A stretch of DNA of 64,000 bases, taken from NCBI GenBank assembly GCA_963701295.1, contig OY969585.1, positions 1,152,001-1,216,000 on the forward strand. Direction: 5' to 3'. Under the pieces are notes generated by a model. That model saw nothing but the letters and a program-made list of their open reading frames with translations. It was not told the origin of the DNA and ran no database searches. Positions 1-9,313 of this stretch are shown here, piece after piece; position 1 is the first letter of the stretch, and each line of letters starts with the position of its first letter. The translations under genes were made by a program, and so were the position numbers. This DNA comes from Ignavibacteriota bacterium (GTDB lineage: Bacteria; Bacteroidota; Ignavibacteria; UBA10030).

Positions 1-651
1 CCGAGCATTTTGGATTCACAATTTTTTCTAGATTTGAAGAAACGAATGCCATTAGAATCAAAAGAATTGGTTATTCACAATATACAAGATTTGGAAAAGG
101 AATTTCAAACAAGCCATGATCCCACAATTGCAGCAAAACTTGCTAAATTTTACCTTTTTCAAGGTGAAAAACAAAAAGCGATACAATTGTTTGAGTGGAC
201 CACAAAGAAATTGCCGAGTCTTTCTCGCCCATGGCTCTATCTTGGCGATCTATATCAATCTTCTAACGAGGATGAAATGTTCCGATGTTATCAAAAAGCA
301 GCTTTTCTTGATAAATCAGATGTTTATCCCTTGCTACGATTAGGTCAATTCTATGAACAGAAAAATCGAATCAATGATGCAATACAATATTTCAAACGGT
401 CGATAAGAGCTTCGAATCTTCAATATGCTTTTCATTCAAGTAAAATTGCAGCCATGTATTGTTTAACTTGCAAGGATGAAAGATTGGTTATAAAAGATTA
501 CCTTGTGCCCAAAGGATTATTAACCTATTGTGCTCCATTATTTGATATTTCATCTGTTTATGATCGTCTTTCAGGTCTCTATACCAGGCAAGGAAACAAC
601 AAAAAAGCGGAAGAATATACGAGACTTAGTAAAGAATTGATATTTTATTGA
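1..651 (+). CDS. TPR-repeat protein (5'-partial; frame is open from base 1)
   Basis: TPR-like helical repeats (LAKFYLFQGEKQKAIQLFE, LGQFYEQKNRINDAIQYFKRSI); no stop between base 1 and the TTG at 10. Confidence 0.75.
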   Translation, partial: PSILDSQFFLDLKKRMPLESKELVIHNIQDLEKEFQTSHDPTIAAKLAKFYLFQGEKQKAIQLFEWTTKKLPSLSRPWLYLGDLYQSSNEDEMFRCYQKAAFLDKSDVYPLLRLGQFYEQKNRINDAIQYFKRSIRASNLQYAFHSSKIAAMYCLTCKDERLVIKDYLVPKGLLTYCAPLFDISSVYDRLSGLYTRQGNNKKAEEYTRLSKELIFY

Positions 652-682
652 CTAAAAGGATGATTTTTTTAGAAGAAAACAG

Positions 683-2758
683 ATGAAAAGCATTGTATTA
701 ATATTAAGGATTATTACACTATCTGTTTCTCTATTAAGTTGTAATAGAACGCCAAGCTTAGTTATTCCAAATGATTTTCAAGGGATATTACCGATAAAAG
801 AGTGGAAAGTCGTTGGTCCATTTGAATTTGATACCCTTAAACAGAATCCGCATAACACATATTACAACAAAGACTTAGAAAGATATGGCATCAGTGAGGA
901 ACACTTTTCAGAAAGTGATTTTGAAATATTGAATGATTATAAAATCAAAACTTTTAGTATCCAGACCTATAACTCCCCTGTAAACCTATTTGATCATGTT
1001 GACAAAAATCAGATAAATAATAAAAGTAATTTTTATCTATATACTTCTGTCTACAGTGAAGGTGAGGAAGAAGTTGTTTTCATTTTCGATGGCAGTTGTA
1101 ACTATAAAGTGTGGATAAATCAAAGACAGGTTTTGGAAGTTCTTAACAAAAAAAATACTCATAAAATTGGAGACCGTTTTATAAAAGTTAAACTGCAAAA
1201 AGGTAATAACTTTGTTTTCGCTAAAGTCAATAGAGGTAGCAATCAATTAGCGTGGGGGATATTAATGGTCGGTGCATCGTTAAAGGCTGCACAAAAAATA
1301 TATAAAGAAAATTATCTATCAGACTTTATAAGTGATCCCCTCATTTCAGATTCAATAAGCCTCTATTTAGGCCCGTATTCCAATGCCCGGATAAAGATCG
1401 TAGATAGTGATAATAATGTTAAGTTAAATGATAGTTGTTTCAATAAATATCAAAAAATCTTTTTTATTAAATGCGGCGGAATTCATGACGGACTTTACAG
1501 CAGTAAATTATTTCTTGAGGATGATTCTCTTGAAGAATTTATATATAGAGGTAATATATTCAAATTTATACAAGAATTGAAATTAAAGTCTCAACAATTA
1601 AAATGCGATAATTGTACAATGAATGATGTTAACGCTGCAATTGAGAGGCTAGATTTTTTGATAAATAAACTTGATGAAAGTTCCGAATCAGAAGTTAGAT
1701 ATTATCATAGCAACTTGATATACTATTCAATAAATTTGCATAATTTAATAGGTTATGTTAGAAAGAATAAGCATGATAGATTATATTGTGGTACTTCTCT
1801 AAAAACTTATTTTTCTGAGAAAGATAATGCTGTTTATCATTTTATGTTACACGTTAGTAAATGTTTAATAAATACGCCATCCCTGCCATTAATACTTTTT
1901 GTCCCATATTCACTTGTCGATGAAACTATGCCGAGGAGTTGGTATATAGGCACTTTAGATCAAATTGAGATGGACAGTAAGATGGCTGACGACTACGGTT
2001 TTGCGGTAGCTTGGTTATTTATGAGAGGAACCAAATATACTCCAATTAATGCAGTTGAAGAGGCTAAAAATGTAATTAAAAGAATTAAAAGGGATTATAA
2101 TTTAGATACAACAAAAATATATTTGATCGGAGAATGTGTAGGAGGCAAGAGAGCTTTGTTATTGGCAGAGAAATGTCCGGACCTTTTTTCTGGTATAGCA
2201 GTCAAAGAACCTGTAACAATGGGTGGAGACGAAATAGAAAAACCAATATATTTTGTGCAGAATCTATACAACATACCTACTTGCATATTCCATGGTATAT
2301 ACGATAATGAAGTTCCTATTGAGTGGTCAAGAAAGTTTGCATCCGATGCACAAAAAGTTGGTAAATTTATGAAAGTTGTAGAAACAGAAACAGGACATTT
2401 AAAGCTTTCGAGGGACGAAAGAAGAAATTCCTTCCTTTTTTTAGATAGTTTAAAGACCCATCATCAGGCAAAAAGAATCGATACTATTAAATATTGTACC
2501 TGCGATGTGGGATCCAGTTCTTTATACTGGATTGAAATTTGCAAAATAAAACCTCTTGAAAAGGCAGAAATCACAGCAACATATGATTCTTCAAGTCAAA
2601 ATATCCACGTTGACTGTAAAAATATATTGGAATTTAACGTGCTAACTAATTTGCTTGATTTAACAAAGGGGACTGATTTAACAATTTATGCAAATAATAT
2701 AATTTCCTATCGAGGAACGGTAAATAGAAACAAAGTAAATATTCTTTTAAAAGAGTGA
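683..2758 (+). CDS. Putative lipoprotein with C-terminal alpha/beta-hydrolase (esterase/peptidase-like) domain
   Basis: Lipobox LLSC; nucleophile elbow IYLIGECVGG, HGIYDNEVP and GH motifs. Confidence 0.7.
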   Translation: MKSIVLILRIITLSVSLLSCNRTPSLVIPNDFQGILPIKEWKVVGPFEFDTLKQNPHNTYYNKDLERYGISEEHFSESDFEILNDYKIKTFSIQTYNSPVNLFDHVDKNQINNKSNFYLYTSVYSEGEEEVVFIFDGSCNYKVWINQRQVLEVLNKKNTHKIGDRFIKVKLQKGNNFVFAKVNRGSNQLAWGILMVGASLKAAQKIYKENYLSDFISDPLISDSISLYLGPYSNARIKIVDSDNNVKLNDSCFNKYQKIFFIKCGGIHDGLYSSKLFLEDDSLEEFIYRGNIFKFIQELKLKSQQLKCDNCTMNDVNAAIERLDFLINKLDESSESEVRYYHSNLIYYSINLHNLIGYVRKNKHDRLYCGTSLKTYFSEKDNAVYHFMLHVSKCLINTPSLPLILFVPYSLVDETMPRSWYIGTLDQIEMDSKMADDYGFAVAWLFMRGTKYTPINAVEEAKNVIKRIKRDYNLDTTKIYLIGECVGGKRALLLAEKCPDLFSGIAVKEPVTMGGDEIEKPIYFVQNLYNIPTCIFHGIYDNEVPIEWSRKFASDAQKVGKFMKVVETETGHLKLSRDERRNSFLFLDSLKTHHQAKRIDTIKYCTCDVGSSSLYWIEICKIKPLEKAEITATYDSSSQNIHVDCKNILEFNVLTNLLDLTKGTDLTIYANNIISYRGTVNRNKVNILLKE

Positions 2759-2760
2759 GA

Positions 2761-2809
2761 AGATTCCCGAAGTTTTCCTATCGGTTCTCGTGAGAAACTT
2801 CGGGAATCT
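2761..2809. repeat. REP-like perfect 15-bp inverted repeat
   Basis: AGATTCCCGAAGTTT (2761-2775) / AAACTTCGGGAATCT (2795-2809) directly after the stop codon. Confidence 0.7.
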
Positions 2810-3010
2810 AACTAACCTGCCTTGCGTTTGATTGATCTCTCACGTACTTTGATTGCAGTTGTTTCACTCGTGGGGCAATTAGTGATACGATGAGGCGCCG
2901 TGGGGATTCCAATTCGAAGAGAAATTTTAAAGAGAAAAGATATTTTGCAGGGCAAATGAAATTTGTTGGGCTGCGATTACTGGTGACAATTCAACAAAGA
3001 TAAATATTTT

Positions 3011-4297
3011 ATGAAAATTAAACTTAGGAATTTAGTCCTGATAGCTTCCATTATTACCAGTACGAACCTCTCATTTGCTCAATGGGTGCAGACCAATGTT
3101 CCTCTTGGCGGAGCAGTTAATGGCATTGCAGTCAACGGCAAAAATATTTTTGTATGCACGGATTTTGGGATCTTTCTTTCGACTGACGATGGAACAAGTT
3201 GGAGTGCCACAAGTCAAGCAAATCTTGGGGCAAATGCAATCGTTGCCGAAGGAGAAAAATTATTCGTTGTGAGAAATGGGGTCAGTCTTTCAACTGACGG
3301 TGGTATTTCCTGGAATGCCGTAAACAATGGATTGCCTTCATATAGCGTCGTTTTCAAAATTGCTATCAGCGGTACAACTCTATTTGCAATGGTTTATGGT
3401 TCAATGATGATGATGGGCGGGTGGGGTATCTTTCGTTCAACTGACGATGGTGCACACTGGACCGCAGTGGGTTTAGGATATCTTAGTGTCTATACTATTG
3501 CAGCTTATTCTAACTCTGCAGGAGATACCGATATTTTTGCTGGGACAGACGGCGGACTGAACAATGGTTATCTCACACCAGGCGTGTTCCTTTCGACCGA
3601 TGATGGTATTTCGTGGGATTCGCTCGGGTTGGTAAATGTGAATGTTCGCGCTATTGCCGCCGTTCATAATGGATCGGGTGATTCAAGTATCTTTGCCGGA
3701 ACGACGAATGGAATTTTTCGTTCGACCAACGGAGGCTTAAGCTGGGACACCGTAAACACAGGAATACCAGACACAATCGTACGTGCTCTTGCCGTCAGCC
3801 CTAATGGGACAGGCGGCAACAATCTATTTGCCGGGACTGATAGCGGCGTCTTTCTTTCTACCAACAACGGCGATAAATGGACATCAGTTAATACTGGTTT
3901 CACAAACACAACTTGTGTGATGGTTTTTTCCGTCTCCGGCACGTATCTTTTTGCTGGGACTAATAACGGTGTCTGGAGACGACCGTTGTCGGAAATGATC
4001 ACAGAAGTAGAAAGGCTCTCGGCCGTTTTGCCGATGCATTTTAGTCTTGACCAGAATTATCCGAATCCATTTAATCCGGCAACGATTATTTCCTTTAGTC
4101 TTCCATCAAAATCTTTTGTTTCGTTGAAGGTATTTGATATTATAGGGAAAGAGGTAGCAACTATTGTATCGGAAGAAATGTCGGCAGGCAACCACTCGCG
4201 GCAATGGAATGCAGCAAATATATCAAGTGGAATTTATTTTTGTCAGATGCAAGCGGGTTCGTTTGTCGAAACAAAGAAACTCGTTTTGCTCAAATAG
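3011..4297 (+). CDS. Cassette 1: secreted BNR/Asp-box beta-propeller protein with T9SS C-terminal domain
   Basis: Signal peptide; repeated S-T-D/N-x-G-x-S/K-W Asp-boxes; C-terminal FSLDQNYPNPFNP...KKLVLLK. Confidence 0.9.
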   Translation: MKIKLRNLVLIASIITSTNLSFAQWVQTNVPLGGAVNGIAVNGKNIFVCTDFGIFLSTDDGTSWSATSQANLGANAIVAEGEKLFVVRNGVSLSTDGGISWNAVNNGLPSYSVVFKIAISGTTLFAMVYGSMMMMGGWGIFRSTDDGAHWTAVGLGYLSVYTIAAYSNSAGDTDIFAGTDGGLNNGYLTPGVFLSTDDGISWDSLGLVNVNVRAIAAVHNGSGDSSIFAGTTNGIFRSTNGGLSWDTVNTGIPDTIVRALAVSPNGTGGNNLFAGTDSGVFLSTNNGDKWTSVNTGFTNTTCVMVFSVSGTYLFAGTNNGVWRRPLSEMITEVERLSAVLPMHFSLDQNYPNPFNPATIISFSLPSKSFVSLKVFDIIGKEVATIVSEEMSAGNHSRQWNAANISSGIYFCQMQAGSFVETKKLVLLK

Positions 4298-4307
4298 AGC
4301 AATTGCA

Positions 4308-4489
4308 CCCTAACCAGGCGCTCCCGCCCAACAAGACGGCGGGCAAGCAAGCTAACGGTTGCCAGTTGGGTACGTAAATCATGGCGAGCATAGGTTTAGT
4401 GCAAAATTGAAAGTTATCAGCGTGAACTTGTTTCGTTTAGTACAATTTGAAAGTTTTCATTGCCGCAGCTTAGCCGCCATCCGTTAGGT
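4308..4489 (+). repeat. attC site 1 (25-nt hairpin insert in L'')
   Basis: CCCTAAC-CAGGCGCT[insert]CAAGCT ... GCAGCTTAGCCGCCATCC-GTTAGGT. Confidence 0.85.
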
Positions 4490-4540
4490 GGCATTGTGAC
4501 GGGCAGCGGTGCTGGATTCAATCAAAGGATACAATACATA

Positions 4541-5212
4541 ATGAATTCTAAACTACTAAGTATTACTCGTATCGTTAGTTTCATCATGACAATATATATT
4601 TGGCGGGTGGTGCAATTCGCAGAGTTTTCTCAACTCGCAGAGTACACTCTGACCATCGGACCAATTTTGTTTGTTTTTCCAGTTGTCTGGATCGGACGGA
4701 AGGCGGTCAACCTCAAACCGACTTTTGAGCGTGTTGCCTGGATTACGAGCTTTGTTCATATCGTCTTAATGGTTTTCTTTGGTGTATCGATCATCGAAGC
4801 CATCAGACTGTTTCAAATCTCGCGTGGCATCACAATACCATTACCTGTCGAAATTGGAACGGTACTCCTTTATCTTACCGGTGCGTGTTTGTCATTGACC
4901 GTGGTAAATCTCGCATTAAGCGGACTCGGAGCACCATTTGCTATTGCATTGAGCAAGCGTCTTGCAAATCGCTGGATGTATCGTTGGACGAGAAATCCGA
5001 TGGTTTTATGCTGTCTCGCCATGCTTCTATCGGCTGGCATTTATTTACAGTCTCTTTATTTTGTTTTGTGGGTTGTTTTACTTGTAACACCGGCGTGGAT
5101 TTACTTTTTGAAAGTGTATGAAGAGCGCGAGCTTGAAATCCGTTTCGGTGCATCATACTTGGATTACAAAACTAATACTTCTTTTCTCTGGCCAAGAATA
5201 CCGAGGAATTGA
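4541..5212 (+). CDS. Cassette 2: isoprenylcysteine carboxyl methyltransferase (ICMT/PEMT) family membrane protein
   Basis: Multiple TM helices; GLGAP, Y..TRNPM, EERELEIRFG..Y..Y motifs; ATG at 4541 chosen because the longer TTG start lies inside attC1. Confidence 0.8.
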   Translation: MNSKLLSITRIVSFIMTIYIWRVVQFAEFSQLAEYTLTIGPILFVFPVVWIGRKAVNLKPTFERVAWITSFVHIVLMVFFGVSIIEAIRLFQISRGITIPLPVEIGTVLLYLTGACLSLTVVNLALSGLGAPFAIALSKRLANRWMYRWTRNPMVLCCLAMLLSAGIYLQSLYFVLWVVLLVTPAWIYFLKVYEERELEIRFGASYLDYKTNTSFLWPRIPRN

Positions 5213-5234
5213 AATATAATTGTATAACAATGCC

Positions 5235-5454
5235 GCTTAACCAGGCGCTCCCGCCCAACAAGACGGCGGGCAAGCAAGCTGACGGAATGAGCTCATTGCA
5301 ATTAGCATGGCTGGTGGTGGGTTTAAGTTATTATAATTAACTTTTTTGTACCTCGTTGGTTGAGACAAATAAATATGGTTATCAGCATGAACTCGTTTCG
5401 TTTTGTGGTTAATTAAACTTGGTCACGCGGCAGCTTAGCCGCCATCCGTTAGGC
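5235..5454 (+). repeat. attC site 2 (25-nt hairpin insert in L'')
   Basis: GCTTAAC-CAGGCGCT[insert]CAAGCTGAC ... GCAGCTTAGCCGCCATCC-GTTAGGC. Confidence 0.85.
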
Positions 5455-5501
5455 GGCTTCCATAAACTATGGCAGTCAATTAATGAAAAGGGGATCAGAT
5501 A

Positions 5502-7562
5502 ATGAAATTCTTGCTAAGATATTTTGAGAAATTCATATTGTATTTGCAAACCGCCTTTGGGGTGAAACATATTCACACAGTAATCATCCTTTTTCTATTG
5601 TTGATTAACCTAGTGCTGATAGTGGTGGTTTTCCTTCTTTCGAATTCACTCGCCTCTATCTTAACGAATATGGCACTAAATTTCCTACAATTCTTCTTTG
5701 TTGTAGTCCTTTTAGGTGTCATCTTGGGGATCACATCTAATTACTTGTACGACAAAGCTATAGCCGCACTAAATAATCCTATCGGAAGAGCTATAAGCGA
5801 AAGCAGATTGATTAATTACTTCCTACCTGACAAAGAAAGTGAGAAGGAGAGAAGAACAAATTTAACAGTTGAGCGTTTGCCCAGCATGAAAGGCGAAGTT
5901 TGCATATTCGCCATTGCAGCAACAAGCTACCTTCCCAAGAAAGATGATGCAACACGTTTCTCCCAATTATTCATCAGCAAGTTAATTAACAAAGAAATTA
6001 ATTTGCGACTATTATTACTCAATCCCTACAGCCAAGCTTCGAAGTTTAGATATGCGCGAGAAGAAGGTATTGATGTGGATGTTATTTGTGAAAGAGAGAG
6101 GAACGAAATGAGATTTGAGAGATCGGCGCTCTATGGTGACATTGTGAACACTATGGATAAAGTCAAAGAGCTAAGAACTAAAGGGGCCAACATAGAATGC
6201 AGACTTACCAACTTCGAGCCTGCAATATCAATGATGTACACCAGTGACTTTGTTTATATTGATATACTTTCCTTGGGAAGGTTAGATGAAACGACTAAGT
6301 TCACAAAGCAACGAACTACTTTGCCAATCACCGAATTCTCCTCAGATTCTGCGTATTATCAAGTCGCCAAAAGCCATTTTGAATACCATTGGAAATATGG
6401 AATCACACCAGATGAATTTGGTTACTATAAACCCGCTTTACAAGAAAGCTTCTTTGGTTTCTCCTATACGGGCTATAGGTTGATCAAACAGCACGATTCT
6501 TGGATTTCTATTGATCCAGTAGTTGGATGCAACGCGGGTTGTAAATACTGTGTTCTTCAAACAACATTTCGGAATGATATTAAACCGAAAGTCTACGCAA
6601 GTCCGGAGACCATTGGTGATCACCTTCGAGAAAGCAAATTCTATCATGAAGACGAAGTCCTTTGCCTATTCAATTACACTGATGCTCTACTAACCGAAAA
6701 CAAAGAGCGTTTGATAAGTTGTCTTGAGACCCTTAAGGAAAAGCAATTTCGAAATTGGGTATGCATTCCCACAAAACACCCATTTGATGTGAAATTCGCT
6801 CACAAAATAATAGACTCGTATCATCATAACAAGTTGATCTTTCTCATTTCCCTTTCGGGCATGCCAGAAGGATATGAGCCGAGTATTAAATCAGCAGAGA
6901 TTGTTGCCACTATGAAAATGTTGAAAGAACTTAAGATACCACTCATTCACTATTGGAGGCCTGTTACCAAATTAAATTCCAGTGATCAGCATATTGAAAG
7001 TATTTTGGACAAAGTCGATGAGTACGCAAATTGTTCTGTGATTGTTGGCTTAAAGGCTAGCGATGCTCTCAATGACTACTATGTAAATGAGGGGCTTATA
7101 AGTAAGAGTGAATTAAAGGTTCATGGAGATTATTTACCAGAAGGATTCATGAAGAAGGTCAAAAATATTCTGAATCAGAAAGGCAAGGTATATCCTATCT
7201 ATCTTCACGCATCCTGTGCCGTAAGCAAGATAACAAGTCAGCCTGACTATAATGGAACTATGCTCAGAAACGATGTGTGTTCATTGTCTGCTACAGGAGC
7301 CTCATTATGTATTTCAGACCAAGAATCGATATGCCAGAACTTCTTAAAACGCACACAGCAAGAATTTGACAAGACCAAATTCTATGAGATTATTAGAGAG
7401 ATTCTTCCCAGAATGGATATGAAGATTGATGGCAATACGATCGAACTATTGGATCCTGTTTATCAAGAAGATCTTATTTATCTCGTACATCGACTCAGGC
7501 AACCAGTAGTGGCGAAACAGATATTGTACACCAATCAGTATGTTGGTTCAATACTTGCCTAG
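5502..7562 (+). CDS. Cassette 3: 2TM + DUF5919-like domain + radical SAM fusion protein
   Basis: Two N-terminal hydrophobic helices; LRLLLLNPYS..REEG middle domain; SIDPVVGCNAGCKYC (CxxxCxxC) plus extra C-terminal cysteines. Confidence 0.8.
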   Translation: MKFLLRYFEKFILYLQTAFGVKHIHTVIILFLLLINLVLIVVVFLLSNSLASILTNMALNFLQFFFVVVLLGVILGITSNYLYDKAIAALNNPIGRAISESRLINYFLPDKESEKERRTNLTVERLPSMKGEVCIFAIAATSYLPKKDDATRFSQLFISKLINKEINLRLLLLNPYSQASKFRYAREEGIDVDVICERERNEMRFERSALYGDIVNTMDKVKELRTKGANIECRLTNFEPAISMMYTSDFVYIDILSLGRLDETTKFTKQRTTLPITEFSSDSAYYQVAKSHFEYHWKYGITPDEFGYYKPALQESFFGFSYTGYRLIKQHDSWISIDPVVGCNAGCKYCVLQTTFRNDIKPKVYASPETIGDHLRESKFYHEDEVLCLFNYTDALLTENKERLISCLETLKEKQFRNWVCIPTKHPFDVKFAHKIIDSYHHNKLIFLISLSGMPEGYEPSIKSAEIVATMKMLKELKIPLIHYWRPVTKLNSSDQHIESILDKVDEYANCSVIVGLKASDALNDYYVNEGLISKSELKVHGDYLPEGFMKKVKNILNQKGKVYPIYLHASCAVSKITSQPDYNGTMLRNDVCSLSATGASLCISDQESICQNFLKRTQQEFDKTKFYEIIREILPRMDMKIDGNTIELLDPVYQEDLIYLVHRLRQPVVAKQILYTNQYVGSILA

Positions 7563-7604
7563 CGAATTGATGGAAAGACAAACTATGTGAATAAGCAAGT
7601 AACC

Positions 7605-7764
7605 ACCTAACAAATCGTTCAAGCTGACCGTATGAGCGTTAGTACCGATAAGCATGGCTTGCATAGGTTTTGGTTCTTAATAATAAACTTATCAGCATGA
7701 ACTTGTTTCGTTTTGTATATTTTGAAAGTTATCAACGTGGCAACTTAGTTGCCATCCGTTAGGC
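7605..7764 (+). repeat. attC site 3
   Basis: ACCTAAC-AAATCGTTCAAGCTGAC ... GCAACTTAGTTGCCATCC-GTTAGGC. Confidence 0.85.
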
Positions 7765-7793
7765 GGGCAAAAAACAATTACAAATACAGGAGA

Positions 7794-8564
7794 ATGAAAA
7801 TGTATATGCAAAGAAAAAGAATGCTATTCCTTTATTTAATCTTGATGTCAGTCACGATTAACTTACAATCGCAAGATACATCATCAGAACGAAATTCTTT
7901 GAAAGCAGGTGCTTGGGCATTGCAGTTTGGGATTTCCAGTAACTTTACGCTCACATCATTTCAAGGAAGTAATATAGCGTTCAAATATCAATTATCCGAC
8001 AAGAGCGCTCTTCGTGGAGGAATAACAATTAACGGTAGCACTAATGATGGAACCACTTCAAATTCTGGATCAATCGATGATACCAGCTATGGTACTGCTC
8101 CGGGAAGCAGCTCAACGGAATCCGCAACTGCCTCTTTTGTTCTCCAATACTTATGGTATATGAATCCAAACGGCCCCGTACATTTCTACACTGGACTTGG
8201 TCCATTAGTTTCATACAGCTATTCCAAGTATTCCACAAATAATCCTTATTCATCTACTGTATATGATAGCGGAAGTTATCGCGGGTATTGAAATCGAAAT
8301 ATAAGTACTTCAAACTCTACCCAATGGGGATTTGGTGTATCGTGTGTTATTGGCGTCGAATGGTTTGCTTGCCAATGGTTATCCTTGCATGCAGATTACA
8401 ATGAAAGCATCCAATATCGATGGGGTTCGAATTCATCGAATCAAGAATGGTCTTCTTCGACCAGTCCAAATTTTATACCTTCTCAAACTAATAATTCTGG
8501 AACAAGCAAAGGATGGTCTTTAAGCAGTTCTAGCGTTGCATTCGGGCTAAATATATATTTGTAA
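7794..8564 (+). pseudogene. Cassette 4: outer-membrane beta-barrel protein interrupted by an in-frame TGA at 8289-8291
   Basis: Signal peptide after AGGAGA; the same frame continues 90 codons past the TGA (QWGFGVSCVIGVEWF...VAFGLNIYL*), ending 8 nt before attC4. Confidence 0.8.
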
Positions 8565-8572
8565 ATTTGCCC

Positions 8573-8789
8573 GCCTAACCAGGCGCTCAAGCTCTGCTTG
8601 TCCAGAAGAATGAATCACAGCCGGAGGCCTGAGAATGTCATTGCACGAAGTGCAATACAAATTTATTGGATGCAAAATTCATGGCGAGCAAAGGTTGAGT
8701 ACAAATTTGAAAGTTATCAGCATGAACTTGTTTCGTTTAGTGTATTTTGAAAATTATCAGCGCCGCAGCTTAGTTGCCAATCGTTAGGC
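8573..8789 (+). repeat. attC site 4 (about 73-nt insert)
   Basis: GCCTAAC-CAGGCGCTCAAGCT ... GCAGCTTAGTTGCCAATC-GTTAGGC. Confidence 0.85.
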
Positions 8790-8830
8790 AGCAACACAAA
8801 GTATCTTACTAATATAACTAGGAGAAAATA

Positions 8831-9142
8831 ATGACAAACAATCTTACCCCACAGGAAGAAAAGCAACTTCTTGAGATGCTAAAAAACCAGCCGCGAGATA
8901 TTCGTTCTATCAATATTACTGCAAATCTTTTTCTGGTATTTGGTGGTTGTTTTATAGTTGGCACGGCGTTTTATTTACTCAAACACTTTACGGATAATGT
9001 AGCATATTTTGTAGGTCTACCAAATTTCGTTGGAGGGATGATATTGATCGTTAGTTATATTTTGCTTTCGAGGAGAGTAATCCGAATGAAACAGTTAAAC
9101 TCAATATTATCAAAGCTGCATAAAATGATTATTGCTGCCTAA
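8831..9142 (+). CDS. Cassette 5: small 2-TM hypothetical protein
   Basis: AGGAG RBS; stop codon is the TAA of the attC R'' box. Confidence 0.8.
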   Translation: MTNNLTPQEEKQLLEMLKNQPRDIRSINITANLFLVFGGCFIVGTAFYLLKHFTDNVAYFVGLPNFVGGMILIVSYILLSRRVIRMKQLNSILSKLHKMIIAA

Positions 9143-9290
9143 CCAGGCGCTCAAGCTGACGGAATGAGCTGGGTGCGAAATTCATGGCGAGCATAGGTTA
9201 GTACAAGATTGAGAGAACCAGTATGAACTTGTTTCGTTGGTTGCATTACGAAACTTATAAACGCCGCAGCTTAGTGCCTGTCCGTTAGGG
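9137..9290 (+). repeat. attC site 5 (shortest, uninterrupted copy)
   Basis: GCCTAAC-CAGGCGCTCAAGCTGACGG ... CCGCAGCTTAGTGCCTGTCC-GTTAGGG; unpaired C in CTCAAG versus CTTAG matches the L-box extrahelical base. Confidence 0.9.
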
Positions 9291-9313
9291 CTATAATATT
9301 AAAGGAGTTCAAA

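Noticed and set aside
8289-8291. Selenocysteine or an alternative genetic code
   Set aside because: Non-redox barrel loop, no obvious SECIS, and TGA terminates many genes in the window
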